DNA of 64,000 bases, taken from positions 22,072,001 through 22,136,000 of the forward strand of contig OZ024755.1 of NCBI GenBank assembly GCA_964016885.1, given 5' to 3'. A program made the translations under genes and the position numbers. The notes beneath the pieces are model-generated. The model saw nothing but the letters and a program-made list of their open reading frames with translations. It was not told the DNA's origin and searched no databases. Origin of the DNA: Eledone cirrhosa (Eukaryota). Shown piece by piece: positions 41,485 through 55,185 of the stretch (position 1 is its first letter; each line of letters begins with the position of its first letter).

Positions 41485-42290
41485 TATTGAATGGCACTAT
41501 CGGTAGAGCGTCGGACAATATGCTTTATGGCATAGAGTTACATCCCTTTACTTTCTAAGTTCAAATCCCGCTGAGGTTAATTTTGATTTTCATCATTACA
41601 GGGTCGATAAAATAAGTACCAGTAACGCACTGGGGTCGATTTAATCGACTTTCCCCTCCCCCAAATTACTGACCTTATGCCTATACTAGAAATCATTATT
41701 TATTGAGGATTATAGTACCAGTAATAAGTACCAGTAATGAACTGGGTAATTGCTGGCCTTGTGCCTAAAGTAGAAACAATTATTTATTGAGGATTAACTT
41801 TGCCTTTCATCCTTACGGGGTCGATAAAATAAAGTACCAGTAATGTACTGGGTAATTGCTGGCCTTGTGCCTAAAGTAGAAACAATTATTTATTATAAGG
41901 GTGGTGGATTGGCAGTATTGGTAGACGGTCGGACGCCATTCTTTGCAGTACAGAGTTATGGCCCTTTTCGTTCTGAGTTCAAATCCTGCCAAGGTTAGCT
42001 TGGCCTTTCATCCTTACGGGGGCGATAAAATAAAGTACCAGTAATGTACTGGGGTTGATCTAATCAACTTTCCCCTCCCCCAAATTACTGACCTTGTACC
42101 TATACTAGAAATCAGTATCGGTGGAGGGTCGGACGCCATGCTTTCCAGCTGAGTTACGTCCCTTTACGGTCTGAGTTCAAATCCCATCGAGGTTAACTTT
42201 GCCTTTCATCCTTACGGGGTTGATAAAATAAAGTACCAGTAATGCACTGGGATAATTGCTGGCCTTGTGCCAAAAGTAGAAACAATTATT
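41485..42290 (+). mobile_element. Second tandem cluster of the same SINE, abutting exon 2
   Basis: 4-5 full or partial head-to-tail copies with two alternative 3' variants. Confidence 0.85.
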
Positions 42291-42312
42291 ATTAATGGAA
42301 AATGTTACAAAC

Positions 42313-42463
42313 CTGTTGTATTACAATCTTTGCAGACAAGTAATTCTTCTGGCTGCCCATCTTTGTTTCTATCAGCAGTAAGTAGGCAGGAAACACATTT
42401 CTCTTGATCAAATTTCAAAATATCTTCACTTTCAAATTCAGGACCAGGAGTTTTTCGAATCCT
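42313..42463 (-). CDS. SAMD1: Coding exon 2, start of PHD1 (RIRKTPGPEF...KCVSCLLTADRNKDGQPEELLVCKDCNTT)
   Basis: tttcAG acceptor, G|GTTTGT donor, 151 nt (phase 0->1). CxxC...EELLxCxDC is typical of KAT6/DPF PHD1. Confidence 0.9.
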
Positions 42464-43768
42464 CTGAAATTTAATAACATCAAAACTAAGAGATATTTTG
42501 ATTCTTTCAAAATATGAAATAATATTTGTAAACCTGTACAAAGATTTAACAGCAACTTCATAGTTTTAGGTAAAAATACAACTTCATAGTTTTAGGTAAA
42601 AATACAAGTAAAACTGTTTCCTTCCAAATAAATGCCTTAAAGAGACAACATATTAAAACATGTGTGAGTATTGGGTGTTTTTAGTATATCTTTTATCTCA
42701 GTAAGCTGTTTAGGGGTACAGTTTTCTTTATTTCACTACCCAGGACTCTTTATAGAACAACTACTAGTGTTGGTAAATTCTGCAAAAGCTGTCTGTACAG
42801 TTGACTTTCTGGATCCATATCTAATGACATAGACATTTCTTCAGCATATTCTTACTGCTGACTATTCCAGTATGTTCTCCACAAAAGAACCCAATGATTC
42901 CACCTCAGCTCTTGTGTATGTATCCATAATATAAACTGGTTACACACTATGGAATTCTTATCTACTTCTTTTCTCATATCAAGAAATGCCATTTTATGGG
43001 TGGTAACAGGTCCTATCTTCTTTCCTATTTACTAAACCTTTAAACTTCACTAAATTTACTTCAAAGCCTTTCAATTCCATATTTTGCTTCCTTGTGTACA
43101 TTTTTCCACAGTATCTTTCACTTACACTCTTTACACCCTATCTCACTCCCATCTAAGTTTTCATACTCCCTCACTAATTACTCTCTCTCTCATTTTCACA
43201 ACCTATCATTTTCATACACAATTTTGTGTATGTAGTATGAAAGTTTAGCAAGTTACTCTATCTTTCGTCATCTCATTCTCTCCCCCACTCTCTCTCTCCT
43301 CTTTACATGTTGTGTCTCTCCATCTTACGTCTCTTCCATCTCCGCTTCTTGGTTAATATGTTGGGCTTTGTTTCCATTTCTTTTTCCCAGTTACAGCACA
43401 TTGGTTTGTAACAAATTTTATTTCATTTGTAAATAGTCGAAAGACCATTTGTCTTGTCTTGCGTCCATTTGTTAATGTCTTATGTGCACTTGAACTAGTG
43501 GTACAACTTAAAGCACCAAAACCACAAGGAACTCCAGTAGTCAACTGATGAGAAGGGACTGTCCTGTGTTTTGTCCTTTTTTCCTGTGGTCTTCACCTAC
43601 CTTTTTTTTTTTTCATTCATTTTGACGATGGACCGTGACAAGTGGAGAGATGCTGTGCTGAACAGAACCCGTCCCACCCTTGCAAACAGGGAAACACGGA
43701 CGTATGATGATGATTTGTATATTAGCCACAGGGGACACTTTCTTTTTCAAATATACACACTCACACAC

Positions 43769-43811
<43 letters not shown>

Positions 43812-45271
43812 AAGACATGTATATTAGTACATGTGTTTGTAGTGTCATCACAGTTACAGACAATAAACAAAAATATATACAAATACACGTCATATTATAT
43901 CTGTGTGAGTGTGAGAATAGATATTATCTTTCAAATATCGTGTAACTAATAAGTTTATTTTAATTCAATTGTTTTCAATTAAGTTATAGACTCTGTATTA
44001 TGTTTTGGTGAGGAGCGGGTGTTTGGTAAGAAATTACAGATAAAAACAAGAGAATTCTTAGTAAAGTTGGTGTTTACACACCTGATATAATGTACCAAGA
44101 AAAATTAATTAATTAAAATGGCACCTGTAGTGTAAAGAACCAATCAATATTTTAACGACTAATTATAGCCAAGAAATACATGGGAGACAACTTTCAGAAT
44201 TAATTAGAAATAGCATGTCGTATTACTACGTAGTGGCTTCGTAGTTCGTTAGACAGTTATATTGACAGAAAGCTATAGAAACAGTTATATATTGAGACAA
44301 ATAGACAATTATATAGACAGATGGATAGATATTTAGACAGTTATAGAGATATATTGATAGCTAGATGTTTATCATCAAAGTTTAGTATTTATTATCAAAA
44401 TAATTTCAAAGTAAACAAGACCCGCAGGAGGGAGTGTTGAGGACCCTGACCCCACGACCCCCTCAGGAATAAATTGGCGAAGAAAAGAACAAAAATAACT
44501 ATTTCAGCATAAACTTTCACAAGTATTGTAACCATCAATAACCAGCATTTCTTTCTCTATTCCAGTCACATGCTTTTATTTATTTTTTTTTTTTAACGAC
44601 ATTCTCAATCGTGAGGTTTCGAGTTCGATTCCCGGATCGGGCGATGTGTTATCTCCTTCAGCAAGCCACTTTATTTCACGTTGCTCTATCTGTCAGGAGT
44701 TGCAACCGGTAGATAGTATCAGCAATGGAAACATCGTTTCCTTGGTCCAATTTGACAAGTTCCACCCCAAATCGGTAAATGAATGAGGTATGGGATTTTG
44801 TCGATCGGTATTTGTTTTCAAGGGTGATATGGCTATTGTTTCTAGTAAGTCAAGACTCCTTCCCTGATGTGTTATTGCTTAGCCCCAGGTCAATCCCGAT
44901 TCAATAGACATATGATCAAATACGTTCCAGCTATGACCATCCCGTCTATTTGTACATCAGAGTCTACATTGTCTTAGTCCAATGTGTTTTTTCTTTTCCC
45001 AAGATCACCGTATATATGACGTTATTTGAGGGAGAATTTGTTGCTATTTCTAGCTCTTTAGCGCGTGTGTAATCACCAGAGGTAATAAATAATTGTTTCT
45101 ACTTTTGACACAAGGCCAGTAATTACCCAGTGCATTACTGGTACCTTATTTTATCGACCCTGTAAGGATGAAAGGCAAAGTTAACCTCGGCGGGATTTGA
45201 ACTCAGAATGGCAAGGGCCGTAACTCTTTGCTGCAAAGCATGGCGTCCGACCCTCTACTGATATTTGCCAA

Positions 45272-45468
45272 TGAGGGTCGGCTGTAAAGTTCATAGGCTG
45301 ACTATGAAGGAGTGATGCCAGACTGTGAAATCTTGCACGCATTAATTTCAACTGTTCTTATCAAATAACTGCATTTCTTTTTAGGGACTATGTTGAAAAA
45401 TAAACCTCATTTGGTCATTCCATGAGAGAATCTTTGTCAGCCTATGAACTTTTCAGCCGACCCTCGTA
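45272..45468. mobile_element. Mariner/Tc1-type MITE (~200 bp)
   Basis: TIRs gagggtcggctg(t/a)aaagttcataggctgac / gtcagcctatgaacttttcagccgaccctc, then gta. Other copies at 9406-9610, 16366-16561, 62594-62792. Confidence 0.85.
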
Positions 45469-47439
45469 TTCTGATGATGTGAACATGTTATTTTTTTGTA
45501 ACACACACACACAGTTTGAAAATTAAAAAGTAAAGCAAAGAAATAATAGAGAAATTAATAATCCACAGGTAAAAATCAATATTTCTTTGCCATATTGATC
45601 AATGTGTGTGTTTTGTGACTGAGAAGCAGATGTGAAAAAGTTCCACAAGGTTTACTACATTCAGTTGATGTCAGACAGGACCAATAGCCTGGTGCTAATG
45701 TGGGGTGAACACACACAATAAGAGAAAGCTCTTCCATCATTGATCCTCGATCTGTAAGAATTAACAGTATTTATTCGTTTTAACCTCTAACCTTTTATTA
45801 TATTATTATTATGCCTTATTGGATTAACAGTAATCGGTAGAGCGTCGGACACCATGCTTTGCGACAAAGAGTTACGTCCCTTTACGATCTGAGTTCAAAT
45901 CCCGCCGAGGTTAGCTTTGCCTTTCATCTTCTCAGAGGTCGATAAAATAAAGTACCAGTAATGCACTGAGATCGATTTAATCGAGACAGGCACGACTGGA
46001 ACGCCTTTCATCATAGGTCTACTCGATCAGGTAAGCTGGAACTAAGCAACAACTAAACACTGCGACTAGACATCAAACTTTCTAGTTTGGAAACCTACTA
46101 TACAAAGAAAAGAGAGACCTCCTCTCCTAGAAAGAAAGCACCAAACGATTGTTTAAAATGTTTAATCACCCATAGAAGAAGCTCCCTCCACCCACCTGCT
46201 AATAGAATGGATTGTCTGTTAATGAACACATTTTTTAAATTCACTAATATTACACACATGAGACTGTGTATATGTATGTATAGACACAGAGATAGTAGAG
46301 TGGTTAAGAAGTTCGTTTGGCAATCACGAGGGTCTGGGTTCGAGCTAATTGCGTAGTATTTTAGGTTCAGGTAAGTGTCTTTTGTCCCAGCTTTGGCTTC
46401 ATCTAAATCTCATGAATTAAATTGGGCGAATACAAACGGCGAAATTCTAACGGAGAGATTATACTTGTAATTTAAGAAAGGGGAGAGGGGGCGACTTTAT
46501 CACATATAGTCATGTTGTTTCTGCGGGGAGGGGGGGGGGGGGAGCTTTATGTTAGGTGTAAAATATGTCAGTAGTTTATGTTAATTCAATGAGTAGGAAG
46601 GTAGTTCTGTTGAATACTCATCGTCGAAACAGACCGAGGATCCATTTATTTTATGTATTTAACGTGTTTCAGAAATGTACTTGTGTGTGTGTGTAAATAT
46701 GTGTCGTCTTTCACACGTACACACACACACATATTATTCGATCAGAGCTGACCTAATGTTATTGTTTAACATTAGGTCAGCTCTGATCGAACAAGATCAA
46801 AGTCATTCCAGCCGTGGCTATCTTGTATTATTTTTAGACAGTCTATCTAAAATTATGGTATGCGTCCTTCCTTTATTATAACTGTAGGGCGTGAGTTAAG
46901 GTAGATTTCGTTGCTATTTCTAACAAATCAATCAACTGCAGAGAAGGTCCATAGAATTGTCTTATTTTTAGACATAATGTATCTAGGATTATATTATGCG
47001 TCCTTCCTTTTTAAAATTTGTAGGGTATGATTTGTGGTAGATTTGGTTTCTATTTCTAACAAATGAATCGACCACATAAAAGGGTTCAAAGAATGTATGC
47101 AAGTTGTTTTAGAAATGTATGTGTGTGTGTACGTGAAAGTATTAGTAATCGATTTCAGATGTGTACATATATAACTATGTAGTCTATGTGCGTGTGCGTA
47201 GTTGTATGTTTGTGTGTGCGTGTTGTATGTTTGTGTGTGCGTGTTGTATGTTTGTGTGTGTGTAGTTGTATGTTTGTGTGTGTGTAGTTGTATGTTTGTG
47301 TGTGCGTAGTTGTATGTTTGCGTGTTGAATGCGCAACATTGTCATTGATTTTACATAAAAGAAATAGAATGAAATTGCCTAAATGAAATAAAACGAAACA
47401 AACAAACTGAAAAAATAAATTAACAAGTAGTTTCCTCAC

Positions 47440-48897
47440 CTTTCTTTTAGAAGCAGGACGCCCTCTTCGAGCTAGGACAGATGCGACATGACTAGCTATT
47501 TTGGTCATTCTATTGTCACGGGAATGAGCATAGGTAGTAGATGAAGAAGCCCTGTTGTTTTGTGGTTGCTGCCTCTCTCTGCTGTTTTGGCAGGGAAGTG
47601 TAGGTTTGATGAGGGCGGCTGACTGTAGCCTGTTTTCACGTCGTCCTTGAAAAGAGCCGATGGACGGAGGAGAGGTTTTAGACGTCGTCTCTGTTACACC
47701 GCCAGCTGTCGTAACTGTGATAGAAGATGACAAAGAAGCTGTTAACTTGCATAAATCCGTATGAACTAATTCGGCGCTGCTCGGACAATGCGATGTTCCA
47801 ATAGATTTTTTTAATTTATTATAGCCAGAGTTGGTATCCCCACCAACGCCACCACCACCATTAACATCACTACAACCGCTAATTCCGTTTTCATAATTAC
47901 CATTAATATTGTTGTGGCTTTTGTTGTTACTGTTATAATTGTTGACTGTTCGTGTTGATATCAGTGTATTATTCATATTTCTCTTACGTACTGTCTCTAT
48001 CATAGCGCTAAGTGCGCAAGAAGCGTGTTTCTCCTTACTATTTCCATTGTTTTTGTCGTTGTTCTTGTTATTACTGTATCTTTCCTTATCGTTACCCTTT
48101 ATTACGGCTTCAATTGTGCAATTATCGTTTGTATGTAATTTATTATCCCATTCGCTGTTCTCATTCTTATTTTGTGTAGCGGTAACTGCCAGGGTCTCGT
48201 TCAACTTATTCTCTTTACATAACCAGTTTTCTGTATTTCCTTTCACGTTGGTATTAGTCGTCTTAGACGAAACCAGTTCTTTTCTAGAATTTCTTCCTGT
48301 ATGTCTTGTTGACGTGTAGCAGGGCGATGAAGTTGTCGATATTATTGTTGTTATTGTAGTAACATTGACGTTTGTCTTTTTAGTTCCTCTATTACCGGCT
48401 TTATTTTCCACATATTGATAATTACTCGCAGTTTTACCCACACTGCTATCACTACTGTTAATAGAAGACAGGTTTAGTTCTGTAGTGTCAACTACGTTGA
48501 CATGAGTAGATCTTGCCGTTGAATTAGTTTTACGGTTACCAGGACTTTTGACACCTGAAACATTCATCGCATCACAAGTCGAAGTTGAATTATTACTTGG
48601 TTGTTGTCCAAGAGTGCGAACCTTTTGATTGGATTGGTTTGAATTCTGAACTTGTCCACCGATATGATTGATTCGCCACTTGGCAGCATTCCTATAACTT
48701 GTACTGCCCTTGTAGTCAACTTTGAAAACCACCTCACTATCCACTAATTTCTCTAGGATGGCTTCTGTGTCTTCGAAGCTTATTCCGTGTTTGCGTTGTA
48801 GCATGTTGCTAATACGATCCAAATCTGGACGAGCTTTCCTTTTCCGTAACTGGTCAATTGTCTCCAAAATAACATCTTTAAACTTTATATCCAACAT
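47440..48897 (-). CDS. SAMD1: Coding exon 1 of SAMD1-like WH-doublePHD-SAM chromatin protein: SAMD1/KAT6-type winged helix plus long N/S/T-rich linker
   Basis: ATG at 48897. ILETIDQLRKRKARPDLDRISNML...VFKVDYKGSTSYRNA matches the SAMD1/KAT6A WH signature (LRSRKARPDLERI...YKGSISYRNA). Ends ...RRGRPASKRK|GTGAG donor; 1458 nt, phase 0. The ORF-track tail beyond 47440 is intron read-through. Confidence 0.9.
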
Positions 48898-50987
48898 TTT
48901 GCTAGAGTCTGATGCTCGTTTTTGAGCCAGTTTGACGGAATATAAAAGTTTCCTTTGCGTAAAAAAATTACTTGTCTAACCATTTACCTTTTCTAACTCA
49001 TCATATATGCGTAGGTGAACAATGAAGGAAGAAGACTAAAAGAAACCGAAATATAGAGGGTAAAAAGTGTTGATACTGTTAAGTTTTCTTTCTATTTTCA
49101 GCTCAATAAAGAAAATTCGCGCGTGGCTTTCTACATCTTTAGCTTCTAAAAATAATTGAATTAAGATCGGACTGTTTGCTTTGTGTCTAGGCTTCCGTAA
49201 ATTGTGCTGTTTTCTATAGGCCAGCCTACATGGATGTGTATTAAACGCGTGAGAAAGCAAGTGCGAGGGCTGAGTGAATGAAAAACCCAACTTAATGCTA
49301 CAGAAAGAAATTAAAGATTAGAAATAGAAAGTACGGTATGTCAAAAAGAAAAAAAGGAAAAAAAAAAAAAACTGCAGAAGAGAAAGGAAATTCAAATAGA
49401 GAAAAAAAAAAACAAACAGGAAAAAAGTGAAAGACAAATGTAGTATGTGTAAAGGAAAGCGAAGAGTTCGTTGTGAGAGTGTTGGAGAGAAAGAGTAGAG
49501 AATAATAGACGATGGATAGTGTGGGAGTCGGTCGTATGTTATAAGGAACGATAGCGAGTAAGAGAGAATGACGAAATAAGAGAAGAGATGTGGAAAAAGT
49601 AAAAGTTGTACTGTTAGATGATAAAGAGGAAAAGGTGATGACTGCAGAGCAACAGAATAGAGAGAATAATAATCTTAACGTTTAGTGAGGGAGTGCGATT
49701 GCGCAGACATTACATGTACATTGCATTGTGGGACCCGAATAAGAGCGCTTTCTTTCACAGAGTCTCAATCTCCCGCCGTTCTTACCTCCTTATTTACCTT
49801 ATTGTTGTTGTTGTTGTTGTGTATGTCTGTGTGATAAAATTCCCTTTCAATTTAATATTGGCGGGCGCCTCAAGTTCATTTATTCTCTCCTTTATTTAAT
49901 TCTTCTATTTTCTCTTCTGTTTTTCTTCCACCAACGCGCATTACTGGTATATAGTACTGAACGTAGAAAAGCGCTTATCTATCGCAATATAATATATCAT
50001 CTCTCACAAATGTTGATAGACAAAAAGAATACGAATAAAGTTGTCCACATGTGCGCACGTGCACACACATGCATGTGTGTGCTTACATGCATGTGCGCTT
50101 ACATGCACGTGTGCCTACATGTATGTGTGTCTACATGTATGCGTGCGTACATGTATGCGTGCGTACATGTATGTATGCGTACATGCACGTGTGTCTACAT
50201 GTATGCGTGCGTACATGCACGTGTGCCTACATGTATGTGTGCCTACATGTATGCGTGGGTACATGTATGTGTGCCTACATAAATGTGTGCCTACATGAAT
50301 GTATGTGTAATTATATACTTGTACTAGGGAGAGAAAAACTTAGAAAATAAGGTGACCGGTTGGTGAGATCGTTAGTTAATACATTATTTTGTACCTTCCC
50401 ACCGAGGTTAACTTTGCCTTTCATCCTTACGGGGGTCGATAAAATAAAGTACCAGTAATGCACTGGGTAATTGCTGGCCTTGTGCCAAAAGTAGAAACAA
50501 TTATTTTGTATCTTTCGATATAAATTTACTTATTGATTCACTTGGTACACCCCTGCTTATTGATCCACTCGATACATCGCTGCATATTGATTTACTGTGC
50601 TTTTTCTTTGATTATATTTATAAGAGTACAGGTGGATCCCGACATTATATTACCTCATCAGATTTTCACCTTGAATCTATTGAGTCATGTTATCATAAAA
50701 CTATTTCAGACAGGCCAAGTCAAATTTTTTTTTTAGGTGGAGTTTGGGGCGGGTGGGGGCGATAGCTGACTTAATCTGTTACTCAGTTTAACATCACCAC
50801 CTAGCCCCCATTGGAAGGCTTTCAGTGGAGACCACACTCATGCAAACATTTGTACCAGTTACCCTGTGTGAATATAATTTCTACCATTTCCCCCCATCAG
50901 TGTCAGAGGTCGTAAAAACAGTCAAGGTTGCTGTATGTGTCTCTTCTAAGTTGCAGAGCTTTCGTTGCAGTTTAGGGATTGGGCTGG

Positions 50988-51047
<60 letters not shown>

Positions 51048-51259
51048 CACCACCACCCCACTCTCAAGAGCGTGAAATTAATAAACATTCGTTGTACTGC
51101 CTCTCTGTTTTGTTCCTGTTCAATTTTTCATTATATATATATATATATATATATATGAAAAATATGGGGAGAAGAATACTGCATGGTTGCACATGGATTA
51201 CATATTATAAAATTAGTCCGTCATCAGTGATTTGCCAACGATCATTGGTATTTCATCGC

Positions 51260-51300
<41 letters not shown>

Positions 51301-51413
51301 GAAAAAGTGAAGAATAACATGGTCAACAGTACAAACAAGGAAATTTATTTACAGTCTAACAATTGTTTCCATGATAGAGTTGTCTAATCGGATTACCTTT
51401 AACGATATCTTGT

Positions 51414-51480
<67 letters not shown>

Positions 51481-51675
51481 GTTTTAATATAGATGAGATT
51501 CTACAGGACTAGAACTGTTTCATTCTTTAGAAATCATCAAGATTCCTGATGATTTCTATAGAATGAAACAGTTCTAGTCCTGTAGAATCTCATCTATATT
51601 AAAACTTTTATACTCTGCAATGTATTGAGTACCTTACTTACTGTGGTTACTTCCGATTCAACCCTGAATAACTTA
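51481..51675. mobile_element. Fold-back palindromic module (51481-51605) plus tail, same family as 390-595
   Basis: Near-perfect ~60-bp arms, CTGATGA-tttctatagaat-GAAAC in the arm; followed by ~140 bp of (TA)n. Confidence 0.7.
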
Positions 51676-51822
<147 letters not shown>

Positions 51823-52202
51823 TTATAAGCTTTCACCGTATTTTAGACTAAATAAATTTCTAGCCTGATAGTGGGGTTTAGTCTAAAATACGGTTAAAGC
51901 TTTGGTGGATTGGCAGTATTGGTAGAGGGTCGGACGCCATGCTTTCCAGCATAGTTACGTCCCTTTAGGATCTGAGTTCAAATCCCGCCGAGGTTGACTT
52001 TGCCTTTCATCCTTACGGGGTCGATAAAATAAAGTACCAGTAATGCACTGGGTAATTTGCTGGCCTTGTGCCTAAAGTAGAAACAATTATTTCTAATTTC
52101 AAACTCGCGCACCGTTTCAAAAACATACTTACATGTTTACGTTTATAATTTGCTTGTATATGTATATATATATATATAAGTGGTTACACAACAGTTAGTT
52201 CA

Positions 52203-52252
52203 CCATACCGAGAACAATTGTCTCACCTTAGCGGATCTTCAGCTCGGAATGG
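52203..52252 (-). ncRNA. Hammerhead ribozyme copy with mutated core (GAGA for GAAA)
   Basis: ccat-t-CCGAG-CTGAAGA-tcc gctaa ggt-GAGAC-AATT-GTT|CTCGG-t-atgg. Same family as 9256-9399, where the core reads GAAAC. Confidence 0.6.
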
Positions 52253-52506
52253 GCATGGTTATAGGAACAGGAAGGAACCTATATATATATATTTCGTTTC
52301 TGAATTTGTTTAGCAAGATTCTTTATCTGAAAACGTTGAAACCGATATTGTTATACTTTGGGAGGGTCATGTTGCCAATAAGAAACACACGCACCAGCTG
52401 CTTTCACTCCAATTTATTATAAATTAAATTATAAATTTAAGAATTTAAGAATTTATAAATTTATAATTTCCAAAGGAGAGGCACAAAACAAAGAGAAGAA
52501 TCCCCA

Positions 52507-52549
52507 GTCACTGAAGAGGTCACAGAATGTGTGACGAAAGAACTTTGAC
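52507..52549 (+). ncRNA. Minimal type I hammerhead ribozyme inside the spacer of a long inverted repeat
   Basis: GTCA-CTGAAGA-g-GTCACA gaatg TGTGAC-GAAA-G-AA-C-TT|TGAC. Stem I gtca/tgac, 6-bp stem II, tiny stem III. Confidence 0.65.
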
Positions 52550-52681
52550 AATATATGAACAACCGTCCGGTTGTGGAACCAACCAACCAACCGGAAATTT
52601 ATAAATTTAATTTATAATAAATTGGAGTGAAAGCATCTGGTGCGTGTGTTTCTCATTGGCAACATGACCCTCCCAAAGTAT

Positions 52682-52771
<90 letters not shown>

Positions 52772-53302
52772 TTAGAATTCCCTTTTTCGGATTATATTAC
52801 TGTGAGAGCCCTGGTTTTCTGTTGAGCTCTGCTGATGAATGAAATCCAACCGTGACCATCTCCACTGAAAGTTTTCATGAAATAGTCTTTTAAGACTATA
52901 CAGAGCATTTGGTGTTATTCCAAATTGAAGGATAAGTGTTTCAAACTTTATTTTATCATGAGTTAAAGGTCTATAGATTTTTCCCTGGATTTCACTAAAT
53001 TCTGTGGATGAATTTATATCCTGATTCTCTTTTGAGATGAGTTTGAGTTATTTTTCATAAATCTTTCGTTAACTACTTTTCCCATCTTGACGTTATAGTC
53101 GCATCTATGTTATAGAATGCCGTTGGCTTCTTGCTAAAACAATCTCTATACCTCTCATTTATATATATATATATATATATGTAGGAGTTGAATTTTATTG
53201 TAGCACAATAAAGCAATACAAATATCGGATAAGTAACACTCCAGTTTATAAGACTGGAGTATAAATAATATAAGATCAAAAGATGGTTAAAAGAGTTCCA
53301 AG

Positions 53303-53373
53303 TATTTTATTATGCGCATTTCAAAAACAAATATCATCATGGGATGATATTTGCGTTCTCATCAGATAAAATA
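53303..53373 (-). ncRNA. Minimal type I hammerhead ribozyme (complete)
   Basis: Minus strand: TATTTTAT-CTGATGA-[gaacGCAAATATCATC ccat GATGATATTTGTtttt]-GAAA-T-GCGC-A-TA|ATAAAATA. 8-bp stem I, long stem II, short stem III with palindromic GCGC loop, AUA cleavage triplet. Confidence 0.8.
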
Positions 53374-54119
53374 GGGAGACGTGATATGAAGCTTAAAAAA
53401 CACTTGCGAACAGTGAAGTGTTAAATCAACATATCAATATGTTGATTTCAAATCCCACTTGATGACAACTTTGAGTCTTATCCTTTTTTTAAAAAGGGGC
53501 GGTGGATTGGCAGTATCTGTAGAGAGTCAGACGCCATGCTTGGAAGCATAGAGTTACGGTCTGAGTTAACTTTGCCTTTCATCCTTACGGGGTCGGTAAG
53601 ATAAAGTACCAGTAATGCACTGGGGTTAATTGCAGGCCTTGTGCCAAAAGTAGAAACAATTATTACGAAATAGGGCAATGATTTGTGAGTATCGGTTGAG
53701 CGACAGACACCATGCTTTGCAGCATAGAGTTATGGCCCTTTACGTTCTGAGTTCAAATCCTGCGGAGGTTAACTTTGCCTTTCATCCTTACCGGGTCGAT
53801 AAAATAAAGTACCGGTAATGCACTGGGGGTAATTGCAGGCCTTGTGCCAAAATAGAAACAATTATTACGGAATACTTAATATATCCTTAATTATCAGCAA
53901 ATGTCCAATTAATCAGAGAGTGACGCCATTGACATTCGTAGGTTCACCCCCCCCTCTCACTACACACTGGAGAGATCGATACAGTTGATGTTCAACATGA
54001 AACATTTACAGATCGAATTTTGTAGTAGAAAATATGAGGGTTTAGAAAGGGACTCGTTCTATGGGAGTGGGGAGAGATTGAAAAAAAACCCATATTTAGT
54101 GAGAGACCTGAGATCTTAT

Positions 54120-54892
54120 AGATGATGATGATGGTAATGGTGGTGGTGATGATGAGGGCGATGATGACGATCATCATCATCATCATCATCGCCGTCATGA
54201 TCATGATGATGGTGATAATGACGATGGCGACGATGTTGATGATGATGGTGATGATGATGGTGATGGTGATGGTGATGATGATGGTGATAATGACGATGAT
54301 GATGATGGTGATGATGGTGATAATGACGATGACGTCGATGGTGGTGATGGCGATGATGATGGTGATGATGATGGTGATAATGACGATGATGATGATGGTG
54401 ATGATGGTGATAATGACGATGACGCCGATGGTGGTGATGGCGATGATGATGGTGATGATGACGATGACGACGATGAAGTCGATGGTGGTGATGGTGATGA
54501 TGACGATGACGACGATGAAGTCGATGGTGGTGATGGTGATGATGACGATGACGACGATGAAGTCGATGGTGGTGATGGTGATGATGACGATGACGACGAT
54601 GTTGATGATGATGGTGATGGTGATGATGACGATGACGACGATGTTGATGATGATGGTGATGATGGTGATGATGGTGATGATGGTGATGATGATGGTGATG
54701 ATGACGATGACGACGATGAAGTCGATGGTGGTGATGGTGATGATGACGATGACGACGATGACGACGATGATGGTGATGGTGGTGATGGTGATGGTGATAA
54801 TGACGATGACGACGATGTTGATGGTGATGATGATGATGGTGATGATGGTGATAATGACGATCACGACGATGGTGCTGATAATGACGATGATA
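54120..54892. repeat. (GAT/GGT/GAC)n trinucleotide array with higher-order units
   Basis: Direct reading; recurring gatgaagtcgatggtggtgatggtgatgatgacgatgacgac blocks. Confidence 0.95.
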
Positions 54893-55185
54893 AGAACAAT
54901 TCGCCGCTGAAAATAACCAGTGCTGTAGTTTTATTTTCTTTGCGTGTTAAATATGGTTTTACTAAGGTTACTTGAGATAATCTACTACTAAGACTACAGA
55001 AAATGTGGTGGTGTAAACTGTACAATATATAAAAAGTTTGGCTCAGAAAGCGCAACAATTGCAATTGAAAAGTTTCCTTGGTCCCATCGCTTTCATTTCA
55101 ACAGATACACGCAGTGTTGGACTTATCGGTAAGCTAAATAAGCTATAGATAAGGGCCACATACCTTTGGGTGTGTAGCCCTTAGC

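Noticed and set aside
47155-47439. C-terminal part of the 580-aa ORF
   Set aside because: Lies after a strong AAG|GTGAG donor and runs into (CA)-type repeats; it is intron read-through.
53992-54910. Met-rich (reflectin-like?) or Ile/Asp-rich ORFs
   Set aside because: Pure (GAT/GGT/GAC)n repeat; lacks reflectin motifs and the Tyr/Arg/Trp content.
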